A stretch of DNA of 63,258 nucleotides, filler included, from Chiloscyllium plagiosum (lineage: Eukaryota): the NCBI RefSeq assembly GCF_004010195.1. It is 4 parts of one record of this genome, joined end to end, with 100 filler letters (N's around TTAATTAATTAA, not from the genome) between each part and the next. Parts side by side here need not be neighbours in the genome. Positions count along the whole stretch, not along the records: positions 44,080 to 60,025 come from NC_057715.1; positions 60,126 to 63,258 come from NC_057715.1; 2 more parts are not named here. One strand, written 5' to 3'. A model generated the notes under the pieces. The model had not been told where the DNA came from. It saw only the letters and a list, made by a program, of their open reading frames with translations, and searched no databases. Of the stretch, positions 51,871 to 63,258 are shown piece after piece. Each line of letters begins with the position of its first letter. The stretch's first letter is position 1. A program made the position numbers and the translations under genes.

Positions 51871-53174
51871 TTCCTCAGGGTAGTGTCCTAGGCCCAACTG
51901 TCTTCAACTGCTTCATCAATGACCTTCCCTCCACCATAAGGTCTGAAGTGGGGATGTTCACCGATGATTGCACAATGTTCAGCATCATTTCCAATTCCTC
52001 AGAAACTGAAGCAGTCCATGTTCAAATGCAACAAGATCTGGACAATATCCATGTTTCAAGTGGCAAGTAACATCAGTGCCACACAAATGCTAGGCTATGT
52101 CCATCACAATAAGAGACAATCTAACCACTGCCCCTTGACATTTAGTGGTGTTATGATCATTGAATCTCCCGCTATCAACATCCGGGGGGGTCATCATTGA
52201 CCAGAAACTCAACTGGACTCACCACATAAACACAATGGCTACAAAAGCAGATCAGAGGCTCGGAATACTCCAGAGATTAATTCACCTCCTGACTCCCCAA
52301 AGCCTGTCCACCATCTACAAGGCACAAGTTAAGTGTATGATGGAATACTCCCCACTTGCCTGGATAGGTGAAGATCCAACAACACTCAAGATGTTTGACA
52401 CCATCCAGGACAAACAGCCAACTTGATTGACACAGCATCCACAAGCATCTACTCCCTCCACCAGCAACGTTCTGTGCATCAGGGTGTACTATCTATAAGA
52501 TGCACTGCAGAAATTCACCAAAGGTCCTCAGACAGCACCTTCCAAACATATAATCACTTCCATCTAGAAGGACAAGGGAACACCACCACATTCAAGTTCC
52601 CCTCCAAGCCAATAACCATTCTGACTGGGAAATACATTGCCACACCTTCACCATCACCGGGTCAAAATCTTTGAGTTCTCTCTCTGATGGCATTTTGGGT
52701 CAACCTACTATCTGCAGCAGTTTAAGAAGGCAGCACACCACCTCCTTCTCAAGGCAATTAGGGACAGGCAATAAATGCTGACCAGCTAGCAATGCCCATC
52801 TTCCACAAAAATGAGTTAAAGCAAAGCTTAATGATTTCCTCCCCACTGCCAGGCTAATTGCCAGTATCTTCTCTCTGCTGCCTCACACTCACTCTATCTC
52901 TGCAACTGTACCAACCTCCCACCAAGACACATGCTCTACCACTCTGACCATTGTCTGAAGCATCTCCCTTCACTTGCTGTTACCCACCACAATCTTTCAC
53001 ATCAATAACTCTACCTGTCCTCTGTGCTGCCTACTCATTTGCTTAGCAGATTTCCCTACTTGCTTCAGCACTTCATCCTGATGAAGGGTTGAGCCCGAAT
53101 TGTTGACTCTCTTGCTTCTCAGATGCTGCCTGACCTGCTGTGCTTTTTCCAGAACCACACTTTATCAACTCTGT

Positions 53175-53490
53175 TCATCCAGAAACTCAGGTAATGTTCT
53201 AGGGGCCCAGGTTTGAATCCTACCATGGCAGATCCTGGCATTTGAATTCAAAAAAATATCTGGAATTAAGAGTCTAATGATGACCATGAATCCATTGTCG
53301 ATTGTCAAAAAAAACCCATCTAGTTCACTAATGTCTTTTATAAGGAAACTGCCACCATTACCTGGCCTGGCTTACATGTGACTCCAAACCCATAGCAATG
53401 TGATTGATTCTTAACTACCCTTTGGGCAATTAGGGGTGCACAATAAATGCAGGCCAAGCCAGTGATGCCCTCATCTTGGAAATGAATATA
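53175..53490 (+). mobile_element. SINE (second family), preceded by a degraded PLE terminal fragment (about 53075-53170)
   Basis: Matches 38540-38830; the tail GGGCAATTAGGG...CAATAAATGC matches the LINE 3' end at 52753-52800. Confidence 0.8.
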
Positions 53491-53504
53491 AAAATACTAT
53501 GCCG

Positions 53505-54560
53505 CCAATGTTGACATCATTTGCAAACTCACTCACCATGCCTCTGTTATTCTCATCCAAATAATTTATATAAATGACAAATAAAACTGGACCCCTACCA
53601 ATCCCTATGGAACAGAGCTGGTCACAGGCCTCCAGCCCAATAAATAACCCTCCACTACCACACTCTGCTTCTTATCATCAAGCCTATTTTGTATCCAATT
53701 GGCAAATTCACCCTGATTCCAACCTGATCTAAGTTTACTAATTAGTCTACCATGCAGAACCTTGTCAAATGCTTTGCTGAAGCCCAAGTTGATAATGTTT
53801 GCCGCTCTGTCCCTCATCATATTTTTGGTTACTTAATTAAAAAACTCAATCAATTTTGTGGGACATGATTCTCCTCGCACAAAATAATGCAGACTATCCC
53901 TAATCCTTCCTTGCCTCTCCAAATGCATGTAAATCCTATCTTTCAAAATAACATCCAACAATTTATCATTGATGCCAGACTCACAGGTCTATAATTTCCA
54001 GGCTTCTAATTACATCTTTTCTTAAACAATGCAGCAACATTAGCCACCCTCCAATTCTCTGGTACTTCACCTGTGTTTATAGATGATACAAATATTGCTG
54101 ATAGAAGCACCACAATTTCCTCCCTAACTTCCAACAATCTCCTGGGATACACTTGATCAGGTGCTGGAGATTTATCAAACTTTATGTTTTCTAAGACCTC
54201 CGGCATTTCCTCTTCTGTAATGTGAAATATTTTCAAAATATCAATATTTCCCTGAGTTCTCTAGCCTCCATTGCTTTCTCAACAGAAAAAAGCTGATATG
54301 AAATATTCATTTAATATCTTTCCCATCTCTGAAGGTTCAACACAAAGACAACCTCATTGATCTTTAAGAAATTTTACTCTCTCTTTATTTGCTCTCTCGT
54401 TCTTAATGTATTTGTAGAATCTTTTAGGATTTTCTTTAATTGTATTGGCCAAGGCTATCTCGTCTTTCTTCTTTGCCTTTCTGATTTCTTTCTTAAGAAA
54501 ACCCTGGCCAAGATTCTTCATACTCTTCAAGGGATTCAGTTGATCCCAGTTGTCTATATC
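53505..54560 (-). mobile_element. Decayed CR1 ORF2 fragment
   Basis: FSKAFDKVLHGRL...WRPVTSSVP; KSPAPDQVYPR...PENWRVANV. Confidence 0.9.
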
Positions 54561-54563
54561 TAA

Positions 54564-55205
54564 TATGCTGACACTACTCCTTCAACAAGGTTATGTTATC
54601 CCTGGCTTTTCTTTCAGGGAGGTCATAAAAGACACAGCTTCCAAAAAGTCTACGTGTGAAGGGTTTTACAGCCAGATTGATTATAGATACTGCCTCAGAC
54701 AAAAGGCTTTCAAGATTTAAAAAAAACCTTGTACAAGGAAAGGGGAGTGGCCAGTTCTGCCAGCTCAGCTGTTCTCTGGTTTGGTTTAGTTTTTGGTAGT
54801 TTGCCTATTCACTGAAAGTAGTCAAGCAGTTGTTAAGCTGCTGGACCCAAGAGAAACAGGTCCATGTGAAACCCCTGTCTCTCTGACTTCTCTCTTGTAC
54901 AACCCTGTGTTTGATTTTACCTTTTGTGCCAAGGGGTGTTTATGGGAATTGTTGCAAGTATTTGGAACAGCATCATTAAGTTGGGGTGATGTGTTGGGCT
55001 TTCAGATAGGTTAAGTTATTCAGTATCCTGTTATCTTTTGTTTGTTTGGTAATCTTGTAAATAAATTGTTTTGTTTCAAACTATGTGGTTTGATCAACTG
55101 CCTCACTCCTGGAATATACTCACACCTGCTTAAAACAACCAGCAAAGTTAGGGTCTGGGCTACTTTCTTGAACTGTTTTGAGGGGATCTGGCCTGGCCCA
55201 TAACA
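54564..55205 (+). mobile_element. Solo LTR inserted in CR1
   Basis: Ends in CCCATAACA; AATAAA near 55060; TSD CTAA (54560-54563 / 55206-55209); homologous to 40620-41267. Confidence 0.7.
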
Positions 55206-56244
55206 CTAATGTATAATTCTTCTTTGTTCAATTGTACTGGTTGTGAAAGTCAATGAGTGGGTTCACCTTTGTGGGCATTTTAAACAAACGGTACGATTTT
55301 TGTAGCTGGATAAGCACCAAATCCTCACATAGAGGATTTGTACATAAAGCTGGCAGAGAGCTGTTCTTTATGAAACTGGATGTGAGACATTGCGTACTTG
55401 CAGTTGTAGTTAGATGAGGATTTGCAGAAGTATGCTACAATCAATACCCATAAAGTATACACAATTGTACGAGACTACCATTTTGGGTATCATCAGGTTG
55501 TGCAGACGATGGTGAACATTTTACAAGATCAACCCCAGATTGCCATTTATCTAAATGATGTGCTAATACTAGGAAAGATCAATAAGGGGCAGTTAGAGTA
55601 CTTAGTCATAGTCCTTAGTCGATTCTTTCAGGTGAGCATACAGCTTAAAAGGGAAAAATCTGTGTTCCAGGCACTTCAAATGACCTGCTTGGGCTACAGA
55701 GTTACAAGAATGGGTTACACCCATTGGAAAATAAAGAGAGGGTGATCAAAGGTGCCCTGGCTCCCATGTCTGCATTAGAGCTTAGATCTTTCCTAGTCTA
55801 GTGAACTATTATAGAAACTTTATGTCTAATCTGGCCTCGTTCCTGGTACCTTTACATCAGCTCTTAAGAAAAGGGTAGCCTTAGAAATAGCCACAGAAAT
55901 AGTCAAGCCATAGTCTTCAGGGATGTGAAGAAACAGCTATCATCCTCTAAGGTGTTGGCATATATGATCCCAAATGAGATCTGTTGTTGACATGTGATAC
56001 CTCCCCGTAAAGCACCAGATTAGTATTAGCTCATGGGGGGGCCCAATGGTGAGGAACACCCAATAGCATATGCATCCAGGACTTTAGCTAATGCATTGCC
56101 AATTTAATTTGGAACAATATTCAGGAGGCCAAGTACCAAATGTGGATGCATTGAGTGATGCCCCATTGGCAGATACAGTATAGCTGGTAACACCACTGGA
56201 AGAGTACACAACAGTTTTAAAGTTTCTAGACACACTTCCAGTCA

Positions 56245-57790
56245 CAAAGTTAAAAGCCACACAATAACAGGTTATAGTCCAACAGGGTTACTTGGAAGCA
56301 CTAGCTTTCGGAGCGCTGCCCCTTCATCAGGTGGTTTTTACATTACATTACATTACAGTGTGGAAACAGGCCCTTCGGCCCAACAAGTCCACACCGACCC
56401 GCCGAAGCGCAACCCACCCATACCACTACATTTACCCCTTATTACCTAACACTACGGGCAATTTAGCATGGCCAATTCACCTGACCTGCACATCTTTGGA
56501 CTGTGGGAGGAAACTGGAGCACCCGGAGGAAACCCACGCAGACACGGGGAGAACGTGCAAACTCCACACAGTCAGTCGCCTGAGTCGGGAATTGAACCCG
56601 GGTCTCTGGTGCTGTGAGGCAGTAGTGCTAACCACTGAGCCACCGTGCCGCCCATATGGTTGTGGAGTATAAGATTGTAAGATGCACAATTTTTGGAAAA
56701 GTTTACAGTGTGATGAAACTGAAATGATATATTGAAAAAGACCTGGATTGTTTGTTAAGTCTCTCATCTTTTAGAATGATCATGTTGGTTTCAGTACTTA
56801 CATATATAAATCCCAGAGCTATTTTTTAAAGTTACATTCCCAAGTGAATTTTAACAATAGGTGCCATGTCAGTTCAGATAATGCATCTAAGGTGTGAGGT
56901 GCCCTGTGTGGAGCTGTCTGTGCCCCAATGTTTAGACTAATTCTATTCCTAAAGAAGGGATTTACAGACTCTTACATGGATTCATGCAGCTTTTGAGCAA
57001 AGTAAAATGCAATTCTGCAAGTACAAATTCACCCCACAAACTTATAGGTGCATGTGTGTGTGTATGTAGGAGTGTCTGTATAGTGCAATGGGGTCACCTG
57101 TAGTGTGACATGAACCCAAAGTCCCAAGGTTGAGGCCATCCCCAAGGACACCGAACTTGGCTATCAGCCAACATTGCCTATCTCATACGCTGCAAGCAAG
57201 GATGCCCTGAGGCATGGTACATTAGCGAGACGAAGCAGAGGCTATGGTAACAGATGAATGAACACCACACAGTAATCAGCAGACAGGAGTATTCCCTCCC
57301 AGTCGGAGAACCCTTCAGCTATCCAGGACATTTGACCTTGGACCTTCGGCACACGCGTGCGCGTGCACACACACACACCTTCTCTCATATGCTCACACAT
57401 ACACTCCCACACTCACACGTACACGCATCCTCTCACACACTTATACCCCTTTACACTCACACTCTCACTTATACACATACACCCTCTCTCTCACGGACAA
57501 ACATACCCCTCTCCTGCACACACATGTCAGATTCTGTAAATCCCTTTTTTATCTAAAAGATGAGAGACTTAATAAACAATCCAGTTCTTTTTCAATATCA
57601 AATTTCAATTGCATTGCATTGTAAACTTTTGTTATAAATTCTGTGTCTTATGATCTTATACTCCACAACCACCTGATGAAGGAGCAGCGCTCTGAAAGCT
57701 GGTGCTTCCAAATAAACCTGTTGGACTATAACCTGGTGTTGTGTGATTTTTAACTTTGTACACCCAATCCAACACCAGCGCCTCCAAATC
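56245..57790. mobile_element. PLE family B 3' region in tail-to-tail inverted arrangement, with a GIY-YIG fragment (about 57165-57345, +)
   Basis: Inverted arms 56245-56335 plus 56657-56775 versus 57555-57760; translation ANIAYLIRCKQGCPEAWYISETKQRL; hammerhead motifs at 56299-56333 (-) and 57670-57704 (+). Confidence 0.85.
56337..56651 (-). mobile_element. Near full-length, young HE1-like SINE with (TGTAA)n tail
   Basis: Head GGCGGCACGGTGGCTCAGTGGTTAGCAC, B box GGTTCAATTCC; TSD TGGTT (56332-56336 / 56657-56661). Confidence 0.9.
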
Positions 57791-58809
57791 TTGACAATAT
57801 CAGACTCTGAACACAAAAAGATCCAGTCCTGGCAAAATTGAAACAGCTGATGGTGGTGGGGGATCATTACAAGCTGAATTGAAATCTTTTTAGACCTGGA
57901 GAGACCAGATCACCAGTAGAGGATAGCATTTTTTTATGGCAAGCAAGAATGATTGTCCTGAGTAAAGGACGCCGCCAGTTACTGGCTGAACTCCATCAGC
58001 ACCATCCAGGGGTTTCTAAAATGAAGAAGTTGGTGAAAAGTTAAGTCTGGTGGCCTGGATTGAGTACAGACATAACAGTGTTGGTGGGGCAGTACCCAGA
58101 GTGCCAACAATAACACAAATTAATGCCAGCAGCTCTCTCACATTCATGGGAATGGCCGGATAAACCATGGACTCAGTTACACGTCGACTGTGCAGGTACT
58201 TTCATGGGCTCAATGCTCTTAGTCATTGTGGGCACCCACTCAAACTGGCTAAACCTGCATAAAGTTCATTATCAATATCGGGGCAACAGTAGAGAAATTG
58301 TGCATGTTTTTTGCAATACATGGATTCCCGAAAGTGTTTGTCACAGATAACAGGATATCAGCTACAAGGAGGGAATTTGAGTATTTCCTAAAGTCAAACA
58401 GTATTCAGCTCCATACCATCCACCATCCAATGGGCTGACAGAAAGATCAGTCCTAGCTTTGAAGGCAGGGTTAAAGAAGCAGCCTGCAGCTTCACTAGAT
58501 ACCAATATGTGCAGGTTCCTATTTGATTATAGGACCACCCCTCGTACAGCTACAGGGATAGCTCCAGCAGAGTTGCTAATGGGGAGAAAATTCCACATCA
58601 AGTTAAATCTGACCTTCGTAGACCAGGGAGGGGGGAGGGTGAAATGGCATTAGGAATACCAATGCTGAACACAAGACTCCACTAAGCAAGAGACAGTTTA
58701 CTTCAGGGGATGAAGCTGAATGAAAGAACCGTGGGAATGATCCTGCATTGGCAGGAGGAGCTACAGATAAAAGAACTAGCTTATATCCTCAGACTCAGAG
58801 GAGGTGGGA

Positions 58810-58926
58810 TGCAGTGATTGTAATGAGGTTGGCCAGATGGATCTCATTGTATATGAGATCCTTGATTAGAGCTATTAACATGGTCCAATCTGGGAGCCCT
58901 GGCTGACAGATATAAACAGGAGTGTC
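58810..58926 (+). mobile_element. 5' portion of the Gypsy 3' LTR, with TATAAA at 58911-58916
   Basis: Follows the polypurine tract; homologous to the solo LTR at 1752-2240. Confidence 0.75.
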
Positions 58927-59037
58927 CACTGCCCTTTGATGGGAAGGGCAGTGTTTGTCACTGGCCACTCGGGTGTTTTCCTATCTTCCTGGTGGTGGAA
59001 TTTGAATAAAGATTCGTGCACCTTGTGTCTCTCACTG
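58927..59037 (+). mobile_element. Second copy of the poly(A) retroposon 3' UTR, cut short by a CR1
   Basis: 96/111 identical, without gaps, to the reverse complement of 1976-2086. Confidence 0.8.
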
Positions 59038-59039
59038 AC

Positions 59040-60604
59040 TTCACATTTATTAATATTGTATTCCATCGGCCAGACCTTTGCCCACTTCAAGTATTTATGT
59101 TCCTCTGCAAAGTTTCACAGTTCTCTGCACACATTGCTTTGCCACTCATCTCAGTGTTAACTGCAAACATTGACACATTACACGTTATCCCCAACTCCAA
59201 ATCATCTACGTAAATTGTGAAGAATTGAGTTAACAACACTGATCACTGAAGCATACCAATAGCACTCATTTATCCCCACTCATTGCTTCCTATTAGTCAA
59301 CCAATCCTCTGTCCATGCTAATACTTTACCTCGAACACCATGCATCTTTATCTCATGCAGCAGCCTCTTGTGTGGTACCTTGTTGAAGGCCTTTCAGAAA
59401 TCGAGGGAGACCACATTGAGTGGGCCTCCATTGTCCACCTTGCTCATAATGTATTCATAGCATTCGAAAAGATTGGTTAAGCGTGACCTGTCCTTCATAA
59501 ATCTATGCTGTGTCTGCCCAACGGGACAATATCTATTTAGATGCCTTGCATGTTCCTTACTACAGAGGCAAAGCTAACCCCTCTATAATTCCCCATCTTT
59601 TGTCCACCTCCCTTTTTAAACAGTTGTGTCACATTTGCTGTTTTCCAATCTGCTGGAACTGCTCCAGAGCCCAGCGAATTTTGGAAAATTACCACAAGTG
59701 CACTTGCTATTTCTTTTAGTACATTGAGATGCAATCCATCAGGGCCAGGAGACTTAGCTCCATTAGCTTGCCCAATACCTCCTCTGTAATAATGATTGTT
59801 TCCAGGTCCTCACCTACCTTTGTCTCTTTGTCAATTACTAGTATATTATTAGTGTCCTCCACTGTGAAGACCGATACAAAATAGCTGCTCAAAGCCTCAG
59901 CCAGTTCATCATATCCCATGACTAAATGCCCCTTCTCATCCTCTGAAGACCAATATTTACTTCAACCACTCTTTGTTTTACATATTTGTAGAAACGTTTG
60001 CAATCTGTCTTTATATTCTGTGCTANNNNNNNNNNNNNNNNNNNNNNNNNNNNNNNNNNNNNNNNNNNNTTAATTAATTAANNNNNNNNNNNNNNNNNNN
60101 NNNNNNNNNNNNNNNNNNNNNNNNNGCCAGCCTTTCCTTTCACCCTAGCAGGAATATACTTTTTCTGGATTCTCGTTATCTCATTTCTGAAGGCTTCCCA
60201 TTTTCCAGCTGTCCCTTTACCTGCGAACATCTGCCTCCAATCAGCTTTTGAAAGTTCTTGCCTTATACTGTAAAAATTGGCCTTTCTCCAACTTAGAACT
60301 TCAACTTTTACATCTGGTCTATCCTTTTCCATGGCCCCAAAGTGCTCCCCCACTGACACCTCAGTCACCTGCCCTGCCTTATTTCCCAAGAGTAAGTCAA
60401 GTTTTGCATCATCTCTAGTAGATACATCCACATACTGAATCAGAAAATCATCTTGTGCACACTTAACAAATTCTCTCCATCTAAACCCTTAACACTATGG
60501 CAGTCCCAGTTTATGTTTGGAAAGTTAAAATCCCCTACCATAACCACCCTATTTTGCTTACAGATAGCTCAGATCTCCTTACAAGTTTGTTTCTCAATTT
60601 CCCT
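59040..60604 (-). mobile_element. CR1 ORF2 fragments (RT 59040-60025; endonuclease 60126-60604) separated by a scaffold gap
   Basis: VPADWKTANVTQLFKKGG; YFVSVFTVED; AKLDLLLGNKAGQV. Confidence 0.9.
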
Positions 60605-61607
60605 CATAGTCACTTCACCTTCATCTTGTTTTATCTTCCATCAAATTAGCACACAGCAATTTAAAATTATTCATCTGACATAGGATAAATCCCAGAAGTG
60701 AGAGAAGGGAGACTTTGATAATTAATTTTAAAATAACAAAAAAAAGATGGCTGCGAACAATCGGAAACGAAAACAATCACTTGTCCAGTCACAAAAGATA
60801 TGAGACTTAAATACATTGAAAGTAGCTCATAATTTAATTTTAAATTTGTTCTTAGAGTGAAAGGGTGTGAAAATGTGTTTTGTTTACATGTATTTAAAAA
60901 ACAGGCCCTTAAACACTGGGTTAACAGTTCAATGCTTCAGAAAAAAAAGATGAGGAAAGAAGTTGCTCTTGCCTAGTAATAGATTTGAGAAATCCAAAAG
61001 TCAAAACAAACCAGAAAAGGTCAGGCAGCATGCAAGTCTAATTAGAGGGAGTCCCTAGCTGGGGAGATGTTGCCATTAGCATGCTCCAATTAACGTCAGC
61101 TGAAAACATCTGAGTTGGGTAGGAGAAAACTCCAAGACAACCAATAAGGATATTGAAGTCATGGATTTAAAAGAATCATGTCCAATTCTAAGGGATCCAA
61201 GTTCACAGTTTGTTTAAGGGTCTCAGGATGAAACATTAATTGAAGAAAATTGCATTGGGTTAATGCAAAAATTTTCTAAAAGAGACCAATTACAGTAATT
61301 CCACCTAAACAAGGAGCTCTAGCATGGAGACAGGGGCGAAACCTCAATGAGATTTGGGTACCAGTAAATGGATCAAATCTTTGTTTCTGACATTTGTCAT
61401 AAAACCATTTCAAATTGTTCTTGTATAGTGTGATAAAGTTCATGTCTTTCTTTCATGTGAAATAAACGTTTAAGTTTTGTTTTTTATGTTTGCTTTTAAA
61501 ACCACATTAGCAGCCTCTGTGAATTATTCATGAAAAAGATTATGGTCTAACAAATCAGACCTCACTCTACAATCTGATGTGTCCAGTATTGCCGTCAGCT
61601 CGAATGA

Positions 61608-61801
61608 GCTGAAAAATGTGTTGCTGGAAAAGCGCAGCAGGTCAGACAGCATCCAAGAAGCAGGAGAATCGACCTGAAGAAGGGCTTATGCCCGAAACGT
61701 CGATTCTCCTGCTTCTTGGATGCTGTCTGACCTGCTGCGCTTTTCCAGCAACACATTTTTCAGCTCTGATCTCCAGCATCTGCAATCCTCACTTTCTCCT
61801 A
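61608..61801. mobile_element. Fold-back PLE family A remnant with intact hammerhead core (61673-61705, +), inserted near the end of a probable LTR
   Basis: TSD GTCAGCTCGAATGA (61594-61607) / GTCAGCTAGAATGA (61802-61815); CTGAAGA-A-GGGC-TTAT-GCCC-GAAACGTC. Confidence 0.85.
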
Positions 61802-62260
61802 GTCAGCTAGAATGATAAAATGTTGAACAGCTTGCAGGTACATGTTTGACTACTAGTCAGTTCTACAAAGTAATTTATAAAGTTTCAGAGACTCAATCAA
61901 ATGTCTTAAGTTTACCTCACTCCCAGACAAGATTTTAAATTAGGGCTCATGGAGCTGGGGCGGGGGTAATATATTAGCATGAATGAATCTTTCAACAGAT
62001 ATGAAATAAAAATAAGAATAATGAGAGAATATTCAAATTGATAGGCTGTGATGAGTAGAGTGCCAAAAGGATCAGTGCTGAGTCAGTTACTTACAGCTTA
62101 TTGTAATGACCAAGACAAAGAGAGTGAAAGCAATGTACCCAAATTCGCTTATGATAAAACAAGAGATTATAAACTATGAGGTCACAAAACAGCTAAAAGG
62201 TAACAAATCCAAGCAAATGAGCAACCTTAATTCTACTTTAAAATAAAATATGGAGTAATC

Positions 62261-62434
62261 AAGTTAAAAATCACACAACACCAGGTTATAGTCCAACAGG
62301 TTTATTTGGAGTCATTGATGAAGAAGCAGTGCTTCGAAAGCTCGTGATTCTAAATAAACCTGTTGGACTATAATCTGGTGTTGTGTGAATTTTAAATTTT
62401 GTCCACCCCAGTCCAACACCGGCACCTCCACATC
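62261..62434. mobile_element. Fold-back PLE family B remnant
   Basis: Inverted arms; degenerate TSD ATGGAGTAATCAAG / ATGGGGTAATTGAG. Confidence 0.75.
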
Positions 62435-62489
62435 ATGGGGTAATTGAGGAAGTGAAAGGTTATTCACTTTGCTATTAGAAGAAATAAGC

Positions 62490-62640
62490 AGAACATGTCT
62501 CACAAACTTGATTGAGTTTTTTGAAGAAGTAACAAAGAAGATTGATGAGGGCAGAGCGGTAGATATGATCTGTATGGACTTCAGTAAGGCATTCGACAAG
62601 GTTCCCCATTGGAGACTGATTAACAAGGTTAGATCTCATG
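62490..62640 (+). mobile_element. CR1 RT fragment (motif A region)
   Basis: CLTNLIEFFEEVTKKIDEGRAVDMICMDFSKAFDKVPH. Confidence 0.9.
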
Positions 62641-63258
62641 GCACCCATATGGGCCCCAGCTATGCCAGTCTCTTTGTTGGCTACGTAGAAAAGTCAATCG
62701 TCCGTAATTAAACCGGCACCACTCCCCACCTCTTCCTCCGCTACATTGATTACTGTATTGGCACCACCTCGTGCTCCCGCGAGGAGGCTGAGCAATTCAT
62801 CAACTTCACTAACACATTCCACCCTGACCTTAAATTTACCTGGACCATCTCTGACACCTCCCTCTCCTCCCTGGACCTCTCCATCTCCATTAATGACGAC
62901 CGACTTGACACTGACATTTTTTACTAAACCCACCGACTCCCACAGCTACCTGGATTACACCTCTTCCCACCCTACCTCTTGCAAAAATGCCATCCCGTAT
63001 TCCCAATTCCTCCGCCTCCACCGGATCTGCTCCCAGGAGGACCAGTTCCACCACAGAACACACCAGATGGCCACCTTCATTAGAGACCGCAATTTCTCTT
63101 CCCTCGTGGTTAAAGATGCCCTCCAATGCATCTCGTCCACATCCCGCACCTCCGCCCTCAGACCCAACCCCTCCAACCGCAACAAGGACAGAACGCCCCT
63201 GGTGCACACCTTCCACCCTACCAACCTTCGCATAAACCAAATCATCCACCGACATTTC
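62641..63258 (+). pseudogene. Penelope-like RT fragment, running off the window
   Basis: GTHMGPSYASLFVG...LFLRYIDYCIG...FHPDLKFTW...KPTDSHSYLDYTSSHP...IPYSQFLRL. Confidence 0.9.

Larger units (their letters stand above)
48345..52820 (+). mobile_element. CR1-group LINE (second family): endonuclease C-terminus, RT and 3' UTR, decayed; interrupted by an HE1 SINE and a PLE
   Basis: VREPTRGQNIFDFILTN...SDHCTV; KKQDKSNPANYCPI; PQGSVLGPTVFNCFINDLP...MFTDDC; IDQKLNWTHHIN...YKAQVKCMMEYSPLAW. Confidence 0.9.
55240..58926 (+). mobile_element. Decayed 5'-truncated Gypsy retrotransposon: RT, RNase H, integrase, polypurine tract and start of 3' LTR
   Basis: IYLNDVLI (RT); PIAYASRTL (RNase H); ELHQHHPGVSKMK, WPDKPWTQLHVDCAG, PYHPPSNGLTER, YRTTPRTATGIAPAELLMGR (integrase); purine tract at 58798-58809 then a TG-starting LTR. 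Confidence 0.9.

Noticed and set aside
56570..56651. tRNA-like A and B boxes
   Set aside because: This is the head of an HE1-like SINE, not a tRNA gene.

Overview
This is repeat-dense, apparently gene-free vertebrate DNA. HE1-like SINEs, their partner CR1 LINEs and a Deu-domain SINE point to a cartilaginous fish, probably a shark. I found no supportable host exon; the longer ORFs I can assign are decayed retroelement sequence, and several run through assembly gaps. The window holds: (1) many CR1-group LINE fragments and one Rex1/Babar fragment; (2) two decayed Gypsy LTR retrotransposons and several solo LTRs; (3) at least three SINE families; (4) two families of Penelope-like elements (PLEs), mostly short fold-back remnants with 9-14 bp target-site duplications (TSDs) and minimal hammerhead ribozyme motifs. 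The most notable observation is a poly(A) retroposon sitting twice at the same nucleotide (after AACAGGAGTGTC, just downstream of the TATA box) in two diverged copies of one Gypsy LTR, at 1877-2144 and 58927-59037. This suggests a target-specific non-LTR element that parasitises an LTR retrotransposon. Repeat boundaries were read by eye and are approximate unless a TSD is quoted.
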